Below are positions 13,975-27,008 of a DNA stretch of 64,000 nt, piece by piece. Each line of letters opens with the position of its first letter. The stretch's first letter is position 1. The notes under the pieces were generated by a model. That model had not been told where the DNA came from. It saw nothing but the letters and a program-made list of their open reading frames with translations, and made no database searches. Made by a program: the position numbers and the translations under genes. The stretch comes from Sphyrna mokarran. Taxonomy: Eukaryota. The DNA lies in the NCBI GenBank assembly GCA_024679065.1, contig JAGIQG010000031.1, forward strand, positions 22,568,001 to 22,632,000. The letters run 5' to 3'.

Positions 13975-14114
13975 GCTTATTCCAAAAGATCAGTATTTCT
14001 GTGGCGTGCTTTATTTCACTGGCAGTGATCTTTTTAACAAGAACATGAGGACCCAGGCACTCGAAAAAGGCTTCACTTTGAATGAGTATACAATTCGCCC
14101 ACTGGGAAGCACAG
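13975..14114 (+). CDS. POLB: DNA polymerase beta, internal coding exon (equivalent to human exon 13)
   Basis: gtccttgcAG|g ... acag|GTATGA; 140 nt; [47 protein letters not shown] with PolX YFTGS and NEY motifs; phase fits both neighbouring exons. Confidence 0.98.
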
Positions 14115-16309
14115 GTATGATGATATATACAACTGAATGATATTGGAAATATTGGAGTTATCACAGCCTGCAAATATCCCTTTACTAAAACATTCCTTTT
14201 TTCAAAAAATGTGTCGATTAAATGCAAAACATATGTCTAATTTTCAATTAATTCTAGTTTTAAGAAGACTTTAAAGGGAAGGACATCATTACCCTGGTAG
14301 GGTGTTTACAAACTGAACTAATTTTTCGTTCTTGCATTGTATTTTGGGTTAAATCAAATCAGCGTGTACTTTTATTGCATGCAGTTGGTTAGAAGAGACA
14401 AAATGATTTATGTTTACGGTATTTCACAAGTATTTTACGTGTATTTTACATGTAAAATAACCGTGATTAATTGCAGAATGTGTGAAGCTCGTGATTCCTA
14501 TGTGGTGATTTTGGCTAACTTTCTTCAGTCACCCTCACACATCACTTGAAACATATCTACGTTAGGAGATAGACAACCAGTGACATGAGCTGTTGTGATT
14601 ATTTTACTGTATTACCTTAGTGTTTTTTTAATCGATCGTGGAATAGGAGCACTGCTAGCAGGGGCAATATTGGTTGCCCATCACTAATTGTCCTTAAGAA
14701 AGTCATGGTGTGCCGCCTTATTGAACTGCTGCAGTATATGTAGAACGAGAGAGAGAGTTAAAATAATGTGGCAAAATTACTAGTGTTGACAATGCTGGAT
14801 CTTGATATAAATCAAAATGCATGTGTTGAACTTTAATTCATCATACTTCTGCAGGAATTGTTAAACAGTACTAGATCTCAATTTATTTTTCTTTTTCCGT
14901 TCAAAGACTTGGAGGTTTAGAAATTCAGATTCAATCAAATGGCATATTTCTTCTTGAGACTACTAGAGGTTAATAAAGTACCAGTTATGGTAGAACTATT
15001 TAGCCCTGCTTGAAACCAAAATGTTTGACCTCTTGAGATTAAGAAAGGACAATGAAAAAAAATGAAAACATAAAATGCTGGAAATGTGCAGTAGGAAAGA
15101 GAAACGGAGTTAATGCTTCTTCTACTCATCCTCAGTCCAACTGCTTTTAATAATAAGGGCGAAACGGTGGCACAATGGTTGGCACTGCTGTCTTGCAGTG
15201 CCAGGGACTTAGGTTCAATACTGGCCTCGGGTTCAATACTGCAGACTCCACACTGTGTGGAGTCTGCATATTTTCCTTGTGTCTGCATGGGTTTCCACCG
15301 GGTGCTCCAGTTTCTTCCCACAGTCTAAAGATATGCGGGTTAGATTGATTGGCCATGTTAGATTGCCCATTTAGTATTGAGAGATTAGTAAGGTAAATAC
15401 ATGGGCTTACAGGAATACAGCCTGGGTGAGATTGTTGCCGATGCTGACTAGTCATTCTATGAGTCTTGATTCTAATTATAGCCAAATGATGTCAATTAAG
15501 ATTAATCAATTACATTGAAGCAAGGATTCATTCAACAGAAAATATTTAAGAAGTTTCCTTCAGATAAAGATAATGACATGTAGATAATCAAGTTGCAGTG
15601 GAGAAAGACATCACTAGGCCAATGTACCTAGATAGATCTTCATCTAGAACTATCTATTCTAGTACCTGTTCTTTCCTCATGTCAGAAGCAATGGAGGATT
15701 AAGCAAATGACCAACACTGAGGTTGAATTACAGTTTGCAAAAGCAACTACTGAGACGAGGAGAAAGAATAAGGAACATAGAATAAGCAATCAAGGGTAAA
15801 ATATCTTTGTTGGAGCAACTGCACATTAATTTGGAAGTGGCAAGACAGGTTAACAAAGCTGATAATAAAGTATGTGAGATCTTAGGTTTTATAAATAGAG
15901 ATATGAAATATACAAATGCCAGGATGTTATGCTGTACCTCCATAAAACATTAATTTGACAACCACGTTCAACATGTTCAAATGCAACAAGATCTGAACAA
16001 TATCCAGGCTTGGGATTACAACTTCACGCCACACAAATGCTAGGCAATGAACATCACCACTAAGACATTCTAACCAGCACCTCTTGGCATTGAATCCCCC
16101 ACTGTCAACATCCTTGGGATTACCATTGATCAGAAACTCAACTGAACTCACCACGTAACCACAGTGGCTACAAGAGCTAGGTCAGAGGTGAAGAATACTG
16201 CGGCAAATAACTCACCTCCTGACTCCCCAAAGCCACTACTGAAGACTTTGGAGAGGGTATTTCGATTGGGTGAAAATAAAAGGCCATTTAAGATGAGTTT
16301 GAGTGCATT

Positions 16310-16690
16310 GCATTTGAATTTATATAGTGCCTTTCATGACCACAAGACATCCAAAGGCACTTGACAGTCAATGAAGTTTTGAAGTATGGTTACCGTTATA
16401 ATATCGGAAATGCAGCAGCAAGTTTGCGCACAGGAAGCCCCCACGTATATCAATGTGATAATGGTTAGACGATACATCTTGGTTATGTTGATTTAGGAGT
16501 AAATATTGGCTAGGACATAATGATTAACGCTCAACTTTTCAAAATAGTGATTTCACATCTGCTAGATAGAACAGACAGCACTGCTGCAACTCTGCATCAG
16601 TCTTGATTTTTCTCTTAAGTCCCAGAGTGGGTGTTGAACCCACAACTTTGTGAGAAATGACAGTGTTACTCATTGTGCCATAGCTGATGC
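16310..16690 (-). mobile_element. Old DeuSINE-like element (SacSINE1/AmnSINE1-like)
   Basis: On the - strand: tRNA-like head, ...ctgtgcgcaaacttgctgc..., tail gaaaggcactatataa. Family call is from memory. Related pieces at 42920-43170(+), 47200-47400(+), 58628-59955(-). Confidence 0.6.
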
Positions 16691-18684
16691 TAAAGCACAT
16701 GTTTGCAAATGATATAGTGGCAACTTATCCGGTACCTTTAAAGATTTGTGTACATATACCCCAGGCTTCTCTTTGCCCACATAATCTGTAAAATTAATCA
16801 TTTAATTAACATTGCTTCTCCTCATTCTTCCGACCAAAGAATACTTCTCTGCATTGAATTTCATCTGGTGCATTGCTACCGTTTTAGTAATCTACAGATG
16901 TCCTCCTGAAGTCTGTTAATCTCTCATCATTGATACTGCATTTCCAGGCTTGGTATTATTATCTGCAAACTTTGAAATTATGCCTGGCATATCCAAAGTC
17001 CACACCTTTAATCCAAATCAAATAAAGACCATTAACATATGGAGAATGCCTTTCCTGAGTCTGAAAGGCAGCCATTCAAATCACTCTGCTCTACTTTCTG
17101 TCCCTTCGTTAAGTGGTATCTGAGTTTGCAGATTTTCCCCATGTCTGTGTGGGTTTCCCCTGGTGCTCCAATTTCCTCCCACAGTCCAAAGATGTGCAAG
17201 GTAGGCCCATTTACAATGCTAAATTACCCCTTAGTGCCTCAGGATGCATTGGTTAGAGAGATTGGGAGAGCAAATATGTGGGGTTACGGGAATAGAGCCT
17301 GGCTGGGATTGTTGTCTGTGTAGATACGCTGGGCCGAATGACTTCCTTCTGCAGCATAGGGTATCTGTGTTTCTAGTGGGTTGTCATAAATATAAGAAAG
17401 TCACCAGTAAACCCAATAATGAAATAATGAATATTTAACGCATAGAATGAGAATTCCTGTTAACAGCAGCAGTATCTTCTTGATCCACCAGTGGCCAATG
17501 GTGTGTCACCACACTGCTGCGAAACACACTACAGGGACTGCAGAAAATCCAGCCTGATGGAACTTTTCTGTTATACTACAAAAGTAGTGTTAAACTGACT
17601 AATAAAATACTGAATCTTCACGTCCTGTTTTTTAGACTGAACTCGGTAAACTTGTTGTATATTATGGTTTTAATTATGGGGTAAAAATAAGTTTATTATC
17701 ATGGAAGTTTACGGCTACTTGACTTTGATGAAACAGGGTGGCAAAATATTAATCTTTTTAGTGGATTAGCACTTAGAAAAAGGTTTGCTATTGGTGCAAT
17801 ATTGCAAACTGTAATCTAATTGCAACCAGACGAGACCATGTTGATGTTTCAAGAATGTGTTTTCCTACATGTTGCAAGATGATCTCTGCTCACAGCTAGC
17901 CATTTCTCTGGTGTCAAATCAGAGTTGAACCTCCAATTATAAACTGATTACATGTTATCAAGTCTGTCTTCAACTCTACTGGCAAGGCTTTCAGTATATT
18001 TATACAATGCATAACTCTGCTTTGAAGACCAAATTGAGAAAATGCTTGGAGTTTGTGATTCCCAGCTGTTAGAAGACCATCACAGCTAGATTCTTACCAC
18101 TGCTTTAGAGTTTTAAATAACTCTACCATATTTTAGAACAAGATAACTTCTTTTTATTCATTCGTGGGACATCGGCATTGCTGTCTCGAGTTGCCCTTGT
18201 TTAGAGGGCACTTGAGAATCAATCACGTTGCAGCAGAATATAAAATATAACTGATGGTGGCAGTACAGAATTATATTGTGTGTGTGCATATAAGATCTGT
18301 CCTGGCTTTGTTTCTAGTGAGTGGATGGTTATTCTGTTTTTTATTTAATGATCAAATTCACTAATAAGATATAATCAAAAGTTTTTTTTTAAGTTTATTT
18401 ATTAATGTCCCAAGTAAGGTGTCCATTAATGAAGTTGCTATAAAATTCCTCTAGTCGCCACACTCCAGTGCCTGTTCAGGCCAATGCACTGAACCAGCAC
18501 ATCTTCCAGAAGTTGGAAGGAAACCAGAGCACCCAGAGGAAATACATGCAGACACAGAGAGAATGTGCAAACTCCACACAGACAGTGACCCAAACCAGGA
18601 ATCAAACTGGGGTGCTATGAAACAGCAGTGTTAACACTATGCTACTGTGCCACCCCACTGGGAAGGGAAAGGCACAAACGCAGT

Positions 18685-18856
18685 GGCTGGAATTTTCCAA
18701 ATGTTCCACCAGCAGAATTTTCTGGTCCTGTTAACAATGAAATCCCCACACCAAGAAATCCCGATGGCACAGTAGGACCAGAAGATCCCACTGACCAATG
18801 ACGGGCTACCTTTCCTGCTGCAAAACACATCATGGTAGCAGTGGAAAACACTGCCC
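18685..18856. mobile_element. MITE-like element with GGCNGGAATTTTCC-type terminal inverted repeats
   Basis: tggctggaattttcca ... tggaaaacactgccca; similar ends at 17450-17555, 36690-36810, 43528-43640, 55648-55863. Confidence 0.55.
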
Positions 18857-19750
18857 ATGAGTATGATGCTTAAAGGAACTGCATACTTTTCTCAAGACCT
18901 TAGCTCAGTATGCATTCCTGTTGATAAAAATCAGAAAATTCTCAACATGAGCAGCATTTTGCACTCATATTTGATAGTGATAAAGCCCATTCATAAAATT
19001 CATTCAATGTTTTTAATCTTTTCATGCAGTCAATCTCTCAGAAAAGCAAACTTCTATTTATATGCCACATCAAAGACACTTATTTCTTTAACAGCTTGCT
19101 GTTAACAAACTGTGAAGTCAGAACTCTCCACTGGAATTAATTGTACATTGTGCAACTCGGACAGGCATTCATAATGCCATCATGATAGTCCTTGGGAAAA
19201 TATCGATAAAGAGCTCTGTTGAAACTGCATGACTCATCATTGCTTTTTTTACTCTAACCTGTAAATCAAAGCAGCCCAACAGAAGATTTTTATAGTTGCA
19301 GCCTTTTTTTAAGCTTAGAGAGTGTGGCATTTAAATTTTTTCAGATATTGGCTGTTATAATGACCCTGTACACTTTTCAAGGACATTTACATCTATCCAT
19401 CAATTTATTACTTCCACTCTGCGGCTCTTGAACTTACCAGAATGATATCTGTTTGATCTCAGCTGAGTTCAAATAGCTCTGCTAAGATTGGGAAAGAAAT
19501 ACCTGGGATCAAAACAATCATTTAGACAATTTTGAGATGCATTTCTTAGCCCAAATATGTATAGATTAGGTGGATTAGCCATCGTAAATACACAGAGTTA
19601 TGGTCATAGGGTGGAGGGGAGGGCCTGAGTAAATTGAGGCATAAAACAAGAGTAAAAGATAGAATTCAAAGATATGTTGGCCCAGAATTGCCACACTTTG
19701 GCGCTACCTTGGTTTCATTTTCCGGGCTTTCGACTATGGAAGCTTTGGCC

Positions 19751-21231
19751 GAACAAGTATTCGAGGTCACCGTTGCAGATGTCAGAGCAGCCTTCTCAAA
19801 GGTCAACCTATGGAAAGTGACCAGCCCAGATGGAGGTATCCAGATGAGCACCCAGATCCTGCGCGGATCAGCTGGTGGAGGTATTCACAGACATCTTCAA
19901 CCTCTCTGATGACAACCTGAGGCCCCTATTTGCTTCAAGAAGATGACTATCATCCTGGTACTAAAGAAAAGCCAGGCAGCTTGCCTTAGTGACTATCAGT
20001 GACTGACATCCCTCGTCATGAAGTGCTTTGAATCAATTCCAGCATCCCAGATTGCCTGGCTCCACTACAGTTCACCTACTGCTGCAACAGGTCCAGAGTA
20101 AACACTATCTCTCTGGCCCTGCACTTAACCCTGGAGTATCTAGATAACAAAGATACCTATGTCAGATTCCTATTTATCAATTGCAGCTCAGCCTTCAACA
20201 CAGTTATTCCTACGAAGCTCCAAGCTCCTTGACCTGGGGCTTGACTCTCCCTTTGCAACTGGATCCTGAACTTCCTAACCCACTGATCGCAATCAGTATG
20301 CATAGGCAACAACACTTCCTCCATAACCATCCTCAACACTGGTGCCTCACAAGGGCTGTGCCCTCAGCCTCTTATTGAATTCCTTATATACATATGACTC
20401 TGGCCAAATTCCCCTCCAATTCAATTTTCAAGTATGCTGATGACATCATCATAGTGGGTCAGATCTCAAACAATGATGAGACAGAGTATGGGGAAGAGAT
20501 AGAGAATTTGGTGAACTGGTATGATGACAATAATTTCTCCCTCAATATCAACGAAACGAAAGAGATAGTCATCGATTTCAGGGAGCGTAGTGGAGGACGT
20601 GCCCCTATGTACATCAATAGGGACAAAGTAGAAATGGTCGAGAGCTTCAGGATTCTAGGTGTCTGTGTTACTAACAACCTGTCCTGGTCCCTCCATGACG
20701 ACACTATAGTTAAGAAAGCCCACCAACACATCTATTTCCTCAAGAAATTTGGCATATCAACCATAATTCTTTCCAACTTTTACAGATGCACCTTAGAAAG
20801 CATTCTTTTTGGTTGTATCACAGCTTGGTATGATTCCTGCTTTGTCCAAGACTGCAAGAAAGCAGTTGTGAATGAAGCGCAGTCCATAACTCACTCCTGT
20901 CTCCCACCCTGCGTCAGAAAAGCAGCCAGCATAATTAAGGACTTTGCGCACCCTGGATATACTCTCTTTCACCTTCTTACATCGGGAAAAAAGGTGCCAG
21001 TACTAACTGACTCAAGAATAGTTTCTTCCCTTTTGCCATCAGACTTTTAAATGGACCTATTTCGCATTAAGTTGATCTTTTGATGCACCCTAGCTATCTA
21101 TGACTGTGAGACTACATTCTACACCTTCTCCTTTCCTACTCTGTATATGGTGTGCTTTGTCAGTATAGTGAGCAAGAAACAATATTTTTCACTGTATACT
21201 AATACAAGTGAAAATAATAAATCAAATCAAA
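19751..21231 (+). mobile_element. Rex1/Babar non-LTR retrotransposon, 5'-truncated and degenerate (RT domain and 3' UTR)
   Basis: FKYADDIIIVGQISNNDETEY...LNINETKEIVIDFR; ends in (aaatc)n tail; sits between two halves of a SINE (19560-19630, 21232-21295). Confidence 0.88.
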
Positions 21232-21519
21232 GGTGCTTTTTCGTAGAATTGGTGCAAACTTGAATGGCCTCCTTCTGCCCTGGAGGGATTCTGTGCGCAA
21301 CACTCCAGTGGTGTTATGGTCTCCTAGGTTGTTTTGATCTCAGCTTCCACATATGTCTGCTTCTCCAACCCTGGAACTTGGAGACCATCCTTGTTCTTTG
21401 CTTTAATTAGTTGTTGTCACATTCATCTTCTTGGGTTCAGCCGCTTTCATGGGTTACTTCTCATTCTCAGACTTACATTCAAGTAACAACCTGACTTCCT
21501 CTTATTTCTACCAAATTGC

Positions 21520-22408
21520 ACAGGCAAGAATTTGTCGGGCAACAATCTTGACAATAGATTTCTGTCTGTTCGAGTTTATTGGATAGCTAATGTGTGGTTC
21601 AGAATAACACAACGGGTCATGGATTGACAACCATTGAATAAAGAACAATAAATTAGCAGAAAGAAATTCTTGTCAGGGGCATCTTCGCACTGCCCATTGG
21701 GCATGGGACAGTGCCAAGGGGTGGAGCATGTAGGGATGGGGCTTAGGAGGTGGAGGGGTTCCTGCTGCCACTGCATAGGGATTGCTGGGGGAAGCAGGGA
21801 GGCCAGTGTTCGGGGCAGGCTAGAGGAGAGGAGTTCAGCCAGAGGGTGTAGTCAGCCTGCTGGGGGCAGGTCGACATTGCGGGAGGATGGGTTTGAAATG
21901 CTGAGGTGGGGGTGGGTGGTGGGGTTGTAGTTGGGGGGAGGGGTTGGTTGTGGGGGTGCGGGTAGGTGGTGGGATCCGGCTGGAGATCGCGGTGGACTGG
22001 GAAGGTAGGAGGTGGGAGTGTGGTCAAGGCTGGATTCAAATGTTTGTGGGGGGCCAGCAATTGGGCCGGGGGAGTGAGGGAGAAGAGTCGGCAATGTGGG
22101 GGTTGCGCAGCTGCCCGTGATCAAACTGGCCAGCAATTGTGAGGCCATCTCTATGAGGGCACTGCATATGCACTGATCTAGGCACTGACGGACCAGCGCA
22201 TGCATAGCAGCCCGCTGAGTGCCCCTATTTCAGCCCTTCCAGCTGGGATAGACCTGCCCCTTGAAATTTAATGATATTCAGACTAGTGGCCTCCCACACT
22301 GAATGTGGGAGATTCTCCTCTGAACTCCCACTGAAAAAAACCAGTGTGAATTACTCCAGTTTTTCACCTGAATTCGACATTGAGAGTTTTTTGGGAGAAT
22401 TCCGCCCA
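21520..22408. mobile_element. GC-rich non-autonomous DNA transposon, probably PIF/Harbinger-type
   Basis: Ends in ggagaattccgccc (TIR-like), G-rich interior, shares motifs with 1-330. Confidence 0.5.
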
Positions 22409-22419
22409 TGGAGTTCATT

Positions 22420-23495
22420 TGGAGTGCAGATCTGTGTTGGATTGTTTGCAGACTCTGACATGTGTTTTGTTGACTCATAATTAATGGATCCGAAATTCCA
22501 GAGCCCTGTAATCTCAGAGGCACGTCCAAAATCAGATGTAATTGAAAAGCCTTTCATTCTGCACAAAACGTTTCGGTTTCAATAAAAATAGAAGCATTGA
22601 ATTCACAACTGCTCACTAACCTCTAATTGTACTTGATAAAAATATCTCCCTAATGAAATAAAGAAGGCAGTTGCTAAAGGGTTTCTGCATCTTCGACTCA
22701 ATTTAAAATGTACTGCAATGTTGTCCAATCGCTGCATCTTTTCACTTCTTATGGACTCTCTGTGAATAATCATTTTTGCTAAATTGTTTTCTTCTAAATT
22801 TCAGAAGGTATACTCTTCTCACCTTGCAACAGTTAAAAGATTTCATAATTAAGTCAACAGCTGTCAAGCAAGCTGTTACATGTTCACTTGGGCAATGCCA
22901 TTCTTGAACTGATTGAAGAGCTTCTTGATATTGGCGCATTATCCCAATACCTTTCCCTTTGGAAGGAATCAGTATTGGATTGTTGCATGAGAATTTATCA
23001 GTTGTAGTTGTAATAAAACAGTTGGAACCTTCAATAGAGCAGAAAAATAAGAAGCTTTTACAGATGAAAGCTGTTTACAGTGAAATCTTGCAAAAAAAAT
23101 TCTGAGTGCTGAAAAAGCAAGAAAACGGAAGAGAGTGGTGCTGGGTTTTTTTTTCAGCGAGTCACAATTTAACAGCACTCTGTCCATAAAAGATTCCTGT
23201 TATGATTCTCATCTGTAAGCAGGGGAGCCTAAGCTCACCAGTGAAGCCTCCTTTATTTCATTAGGAAGATTTTTTAGCGAATACAGTTCTAAGTTAATGA
23301 TCAGTCGTGAATCCAATGCTTCTGTTTTTGTTGAAACCAAAAGGTTTTGTGCAGAGAGAAAGACTTTCCAATTATATCTCATTATCATTGTGCCTCTGAG
23401 AATACAAAGCTCTGGAATATCAGATCCATTCATTGTGAGTCAACAAAACTCATGTCAAAATCTGCAAACAACCCAGCACAGATTTGCAGTCCATC
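22420..23495. repeat. Long inverted repeat: arms ~22420-22670 and ~23245-23495, spacer ~570 bp
   Basis: Hand alignment gave 32 mismatches in 192 ungapped nt (~83%); also visible as near-identical peptides on opposite strands of the ORF track (VPLRLQGSGISDPLIMSQQN vs VPLRIQSSGISDPFIVSQQN). Confidence 0.92.
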
Positions 23496-23504
23496 TGCAA
23501 AATG

Positions 23505-24295
23505 CTTGTGGCGCCAATATGCTGGTGCCCCGATTTCTGAGTGAACTGGGAGATCTCCTGGTATTCCCCCCACCTGCCCAATAGATATTGTGTGTATCTC
23601 CTACTCCCCAAATGCTGATTGCTCCCTGTACTGGTTCCCCCCACATCCCTGTCTGCAGAGTTACTCCTCCCCATGCTGATCACCACCCCTGCACAGCTCT
23701 CGCCCCACTGATACTCCCCTGTCTGCAGAAAACTCTGTCTCTACCCCGCCGACTGATTACTACCCCATCTGCAGAGTTCTCGCCTGCCAATCACTAGCCT
23801 GTAGTTTCCCTCACCCCGACCCCTGCTGATCACCTCTATCTGTAGAGCTCCCCCTTGCAGAGCTTCCCTCTCCTCACTCCTGTGGAGCTCCAACGTCGTC
23901 TCACCCTGTCAGTTCCAGGTGGGCACTGCCAATATGGCACAATCTCAAGGGCACTGTCCACTATTGCTGCCCACTATTCAGGGATTTCAGTGGCCTCCGA
24001 TCCATCCAGTAAGGCCATCATGCCTGGCTTCCACTGTTGAAGACCGGCTGTGATTCTCACCAGTGTGAAGCTTGACCAGTGAGGGGATAAGTGTAAATAA
24101 GTCCAAACAATAGCGTCCAGGACTCATCAATGACAATATTAAAATCAGGGCAAGAAGTCGATTTCACCAGCGAAGCAGTAGGATTGTGTGAGCAAGAAAA
24201 TGGATGCAAACCCAATTTTTTAGGCCTCTCATACAATCTTATCACCCCCCTGCTTGCTGAACAACGGGTGGGACAAGGTCATACGATTGTTAACT
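23505..24295. mobile_element. GC-rich non-autonomous element with internal cccc(t/a)tctgcagag minisatellite
   Basis: C-rich repeated units at 23580-23890; gggcactgcc motifs as in 1-330. Confidence 0.45.
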
Positions 24296-24719
24296 CTGGA
24301 ATAGCTTTCAGTCTCCAGTGGAAATTTTATCTTTATATAAATGTGTAGCAGGGATCTTTTGCAGAATAACATCATTGTGTCTCAGAGAAAGTTATGATGG
24401 AGATCTGGGACAAATACATTTGGGAATTACAAAATGAACTTGCTGGTATAAACGCAAAAGTAGATAAAATTATTGTTTTCAAATAATTGGCTTATGGTTT
24501 CAAAGATAGTCTTTTCCTCTGAAGGTATTGCAGGTGCTGCATTAAATTATGTCAAAGCATCAATAAACTTGTATCTAATTTCTGTCATGTTTCAGTGAAA
24601 CATAATTTATTCTTGTACATAGCTGCGGAAATTTAAGCCAACCTTGCGAGCATCTCATTTAAAATATCAGACCCCTTGTATGGAACTTTTATTTGCATTA
24701 ATTAAATACACTTCTTAAA

Positions 24720-25870
24720 CTGGTGGTTACTTTCCACAGAATTCGCAGCCTCTGACATGTTTTTGTAGCCACTGTATTGATATGGCTGGCTCCTGTTCGG
24801 TTTCTGGTCAATTTTGTTCCCCCCAGTGAGGGATTGAATGATGATAATGCTATTGAATGTCAAGGAGAGATAATGGGGTCCCCTTTTGTTAGAGATGGTC
24901 ATTGCCTTGCACTTATGTGGCATGAATGTTACTTGATACGTATTAGGCCAAGCCGAAATGTTACCCAGGTCTTGCTGCATGTAGTATATTGATGATAGTG
25001 AACAGTGCAGAATTTTTTGCATTTATCACTGAACATCCCACTTCTGACTTTGAGTGAAAGTCAGTGATAAAGCAACTGTATATGGGTGGGCCCAGGACAT
25101 TACCCTGAGGAAATCCTGTGATGTCCTGGGACTGAGGTGATTGATTTCCAACAGCCACAGCCATATTCCTTTGTGCTAGTTATGACTCCAAGCAGTGAAG
25201 AATTTTCCCCCAGTTTTGTTAAGAATCCTTGATGCCTAACGTTGGTCAAAAGCTGCTTTGATGTCAAGAGCAGTTATTCTCACCTCATTTCCAGAATTCA
25301 GCTCTTTTGTTTATGTTTGGACTGAGTCTGTAACAAGGTTATGAGCTGAGTGGACTTGGCAGAACCCAAACTGAGTGTCAGTGAGCTAGTTTTTACCAAG
25401 TATATGCCACTTGATAGCACTATGAATGACAGTCTCCATTGCTTTGCTAATGATTTAGACTGATGGGCAGTAAAGGCTCAGTTAGGTTTGTCCTGTTTCT
25501 TGTGTATAGACAACTTCCTCCTGCTGTATAACACCATTCTGCCATCTCTCATGGGCCTGTCCTATAGGTGGATTAGGACATGCCTAGGGATGGCCATGGT
25601 GGTATTTGGGATATTATCTGTGTCTGTTTCTGTGAGTATGACTATGCCAGCCATTGGTGGACTGATCTGTAAGGCAACTCTTCCAATTCTGGCACAAGCC
25701 TCCAGATGTTAGTAAGGATAACTTTGCCGAGTCAACAGGGCTGGATTTGCCATTGTCATTTCTAGTATCTAGGTCAATGCTGGGAGATATGTCTGGGTTT
25801 GTTCCTTTTAGTAAAATTCCAGCAGATCTGAGTGACTTGCTAGAAGGCAAATAAGAGTCAACTACATTAC
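24720..25870 (-). mobile_element. Degenerate CR1-group non-LTR element of a second family (RT domain)
   Basis: ITGFPQGNVLGPPIYSCFITD (PQG motif) and QQDLGNISAW...QVTFMPHKCKAMTISNKR; related pieces at 15970-16240 and 45980-46740. Confidence 0.8.
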
Positions 25871-26271
25871 TATGGGTGCAGAGTAAATAAAGCAGGGTTA
25901 CATTAGTTACTTTCCAATTCACTGGAACTCTTCCAGAGTCTGTAGAATGCTGGAAAATGATCACCAATGTGTCCATTATTTCTAGGGCCACTTCCATCAG
26001 GGCTCAGCTATCATGTCCCACACAACTTTCTATTAGTTCAGTCATGAAGAAAACCCACTTGAGCATGGTGCCACAAATTCCCTTGCATCTTGGTGATATG
26101 TCCTGTGACTAAAAGTACTCTTCAGGGAGGGGATAGAAGAGAATTATTGACCTAATTTATGCAAATAAATTTCAGGGGATTAAAGTTGAAGTAGCTTTTA
26201 TTTTTAGTCTTTATTTTAGCTTTAATATTGTAAAAAAAAATAATGCCCACCTTCATCCTCAATTGATTATG

Positions 26272-26622
26272 GCAAGGCAGTGGTCTAATGGTATTATCGC
26301 TGGACTATTAAACCAGAAAATCAGCTAATGCTCTGGAGACCCAAGTTCGAATCCTGTCAAAGCAGATGGTGAAATTTGAATTCAATAAAAAAAATCTGGA
26401 GTTAAGAATCTATTCATGACCATGAAACCACTGTTGATTGTCAGAAAAATCCATCTAGTTTCACTAATGTCCTTTAGGGAAGGAAATCTGCTGTCCTTAA
26501 CCCAGCCTGGCCTACATGTGATTCCAGAGCGACAGCAATGTGGTTGATTTTCAACTGCCTTCAGGCAACCAGGGTTGGGCAATAAATGCTGGCCAGCCAG
26601 CAACGTCCCACAGATGAATAAA
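26272..26622 (+). mobile_element. tRNA-derived SINE type C, ending ~55 bp before the last POLB acceptor
   Basis: B box gttcgaatcc, core cactaatgtcctttagggaaggaaatctg, tail ggcaataaatgctggccagccagc. Other copies: 1530-1820(-), 2400-2680(+), 4730-5080(+), 28660-28830(-), 39968-40320(+), 59521-59840(-), 59960-60320(-). Confidence 0.85.
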
Positions 26623-26677
26623 ATGTTCAGTAGAATGGTGTCTATATGATTAACATCTTACTGTGTGTTAACTGCAG

Positions 26678-26772
26678 GAGTGCCAGGAGAACCACTACCT
26701 GTGGAAAGTGAAAAGGACATATTCGACTACATAGGCTGGCAATATCGAGAGCCACGAGAGCGAAGTGAGTGA
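26678..26772 (+). CDS. POLB: DNA polymerase beta, last coding exon (equivalent to human exon 14)
   Basis: aactgcAG|ga; (G)[30 protein letters not shown] vs human [31 protein letters not shown]; 95 nt ending in TGA. Confidence 0.97.
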
Positions 26773-27008
26773 GTGTTACCTGAGGGTTACTCTCAGAACC
26801 TCTTAATAGAAGACGTCTCTGAAATTCCAAGGGATGGAGAATGCGATGAGTCTTGATAAATGTAGAACTAGCTGAAATGTTCATAAGGATTTCTCAGTTG
26901 CTTGCTAAAGAACTTTGTAAACGCATAGATGGCTCGTATATTATGCATGAAGTTAAAATGTCTTTGTAGAGAACACCAGCTTTTCTATAAAGGTCTGTGA
27001 GTAATAGC

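Noticed and set aside
20394-21050. 218-aa ORF as a host gene
   Set aside because: It is the RT/C-terminal part of a truncated Rex1/Babar element with stops and frameshifts upstream.
23245-23495. Inverted-repeat arms as paralogous protein-coding exons
   Set aside because: Codon-position mismatch counts (7/11/14) are not clearly biased and the best frame has stops shared by both arms; left as unresolved.
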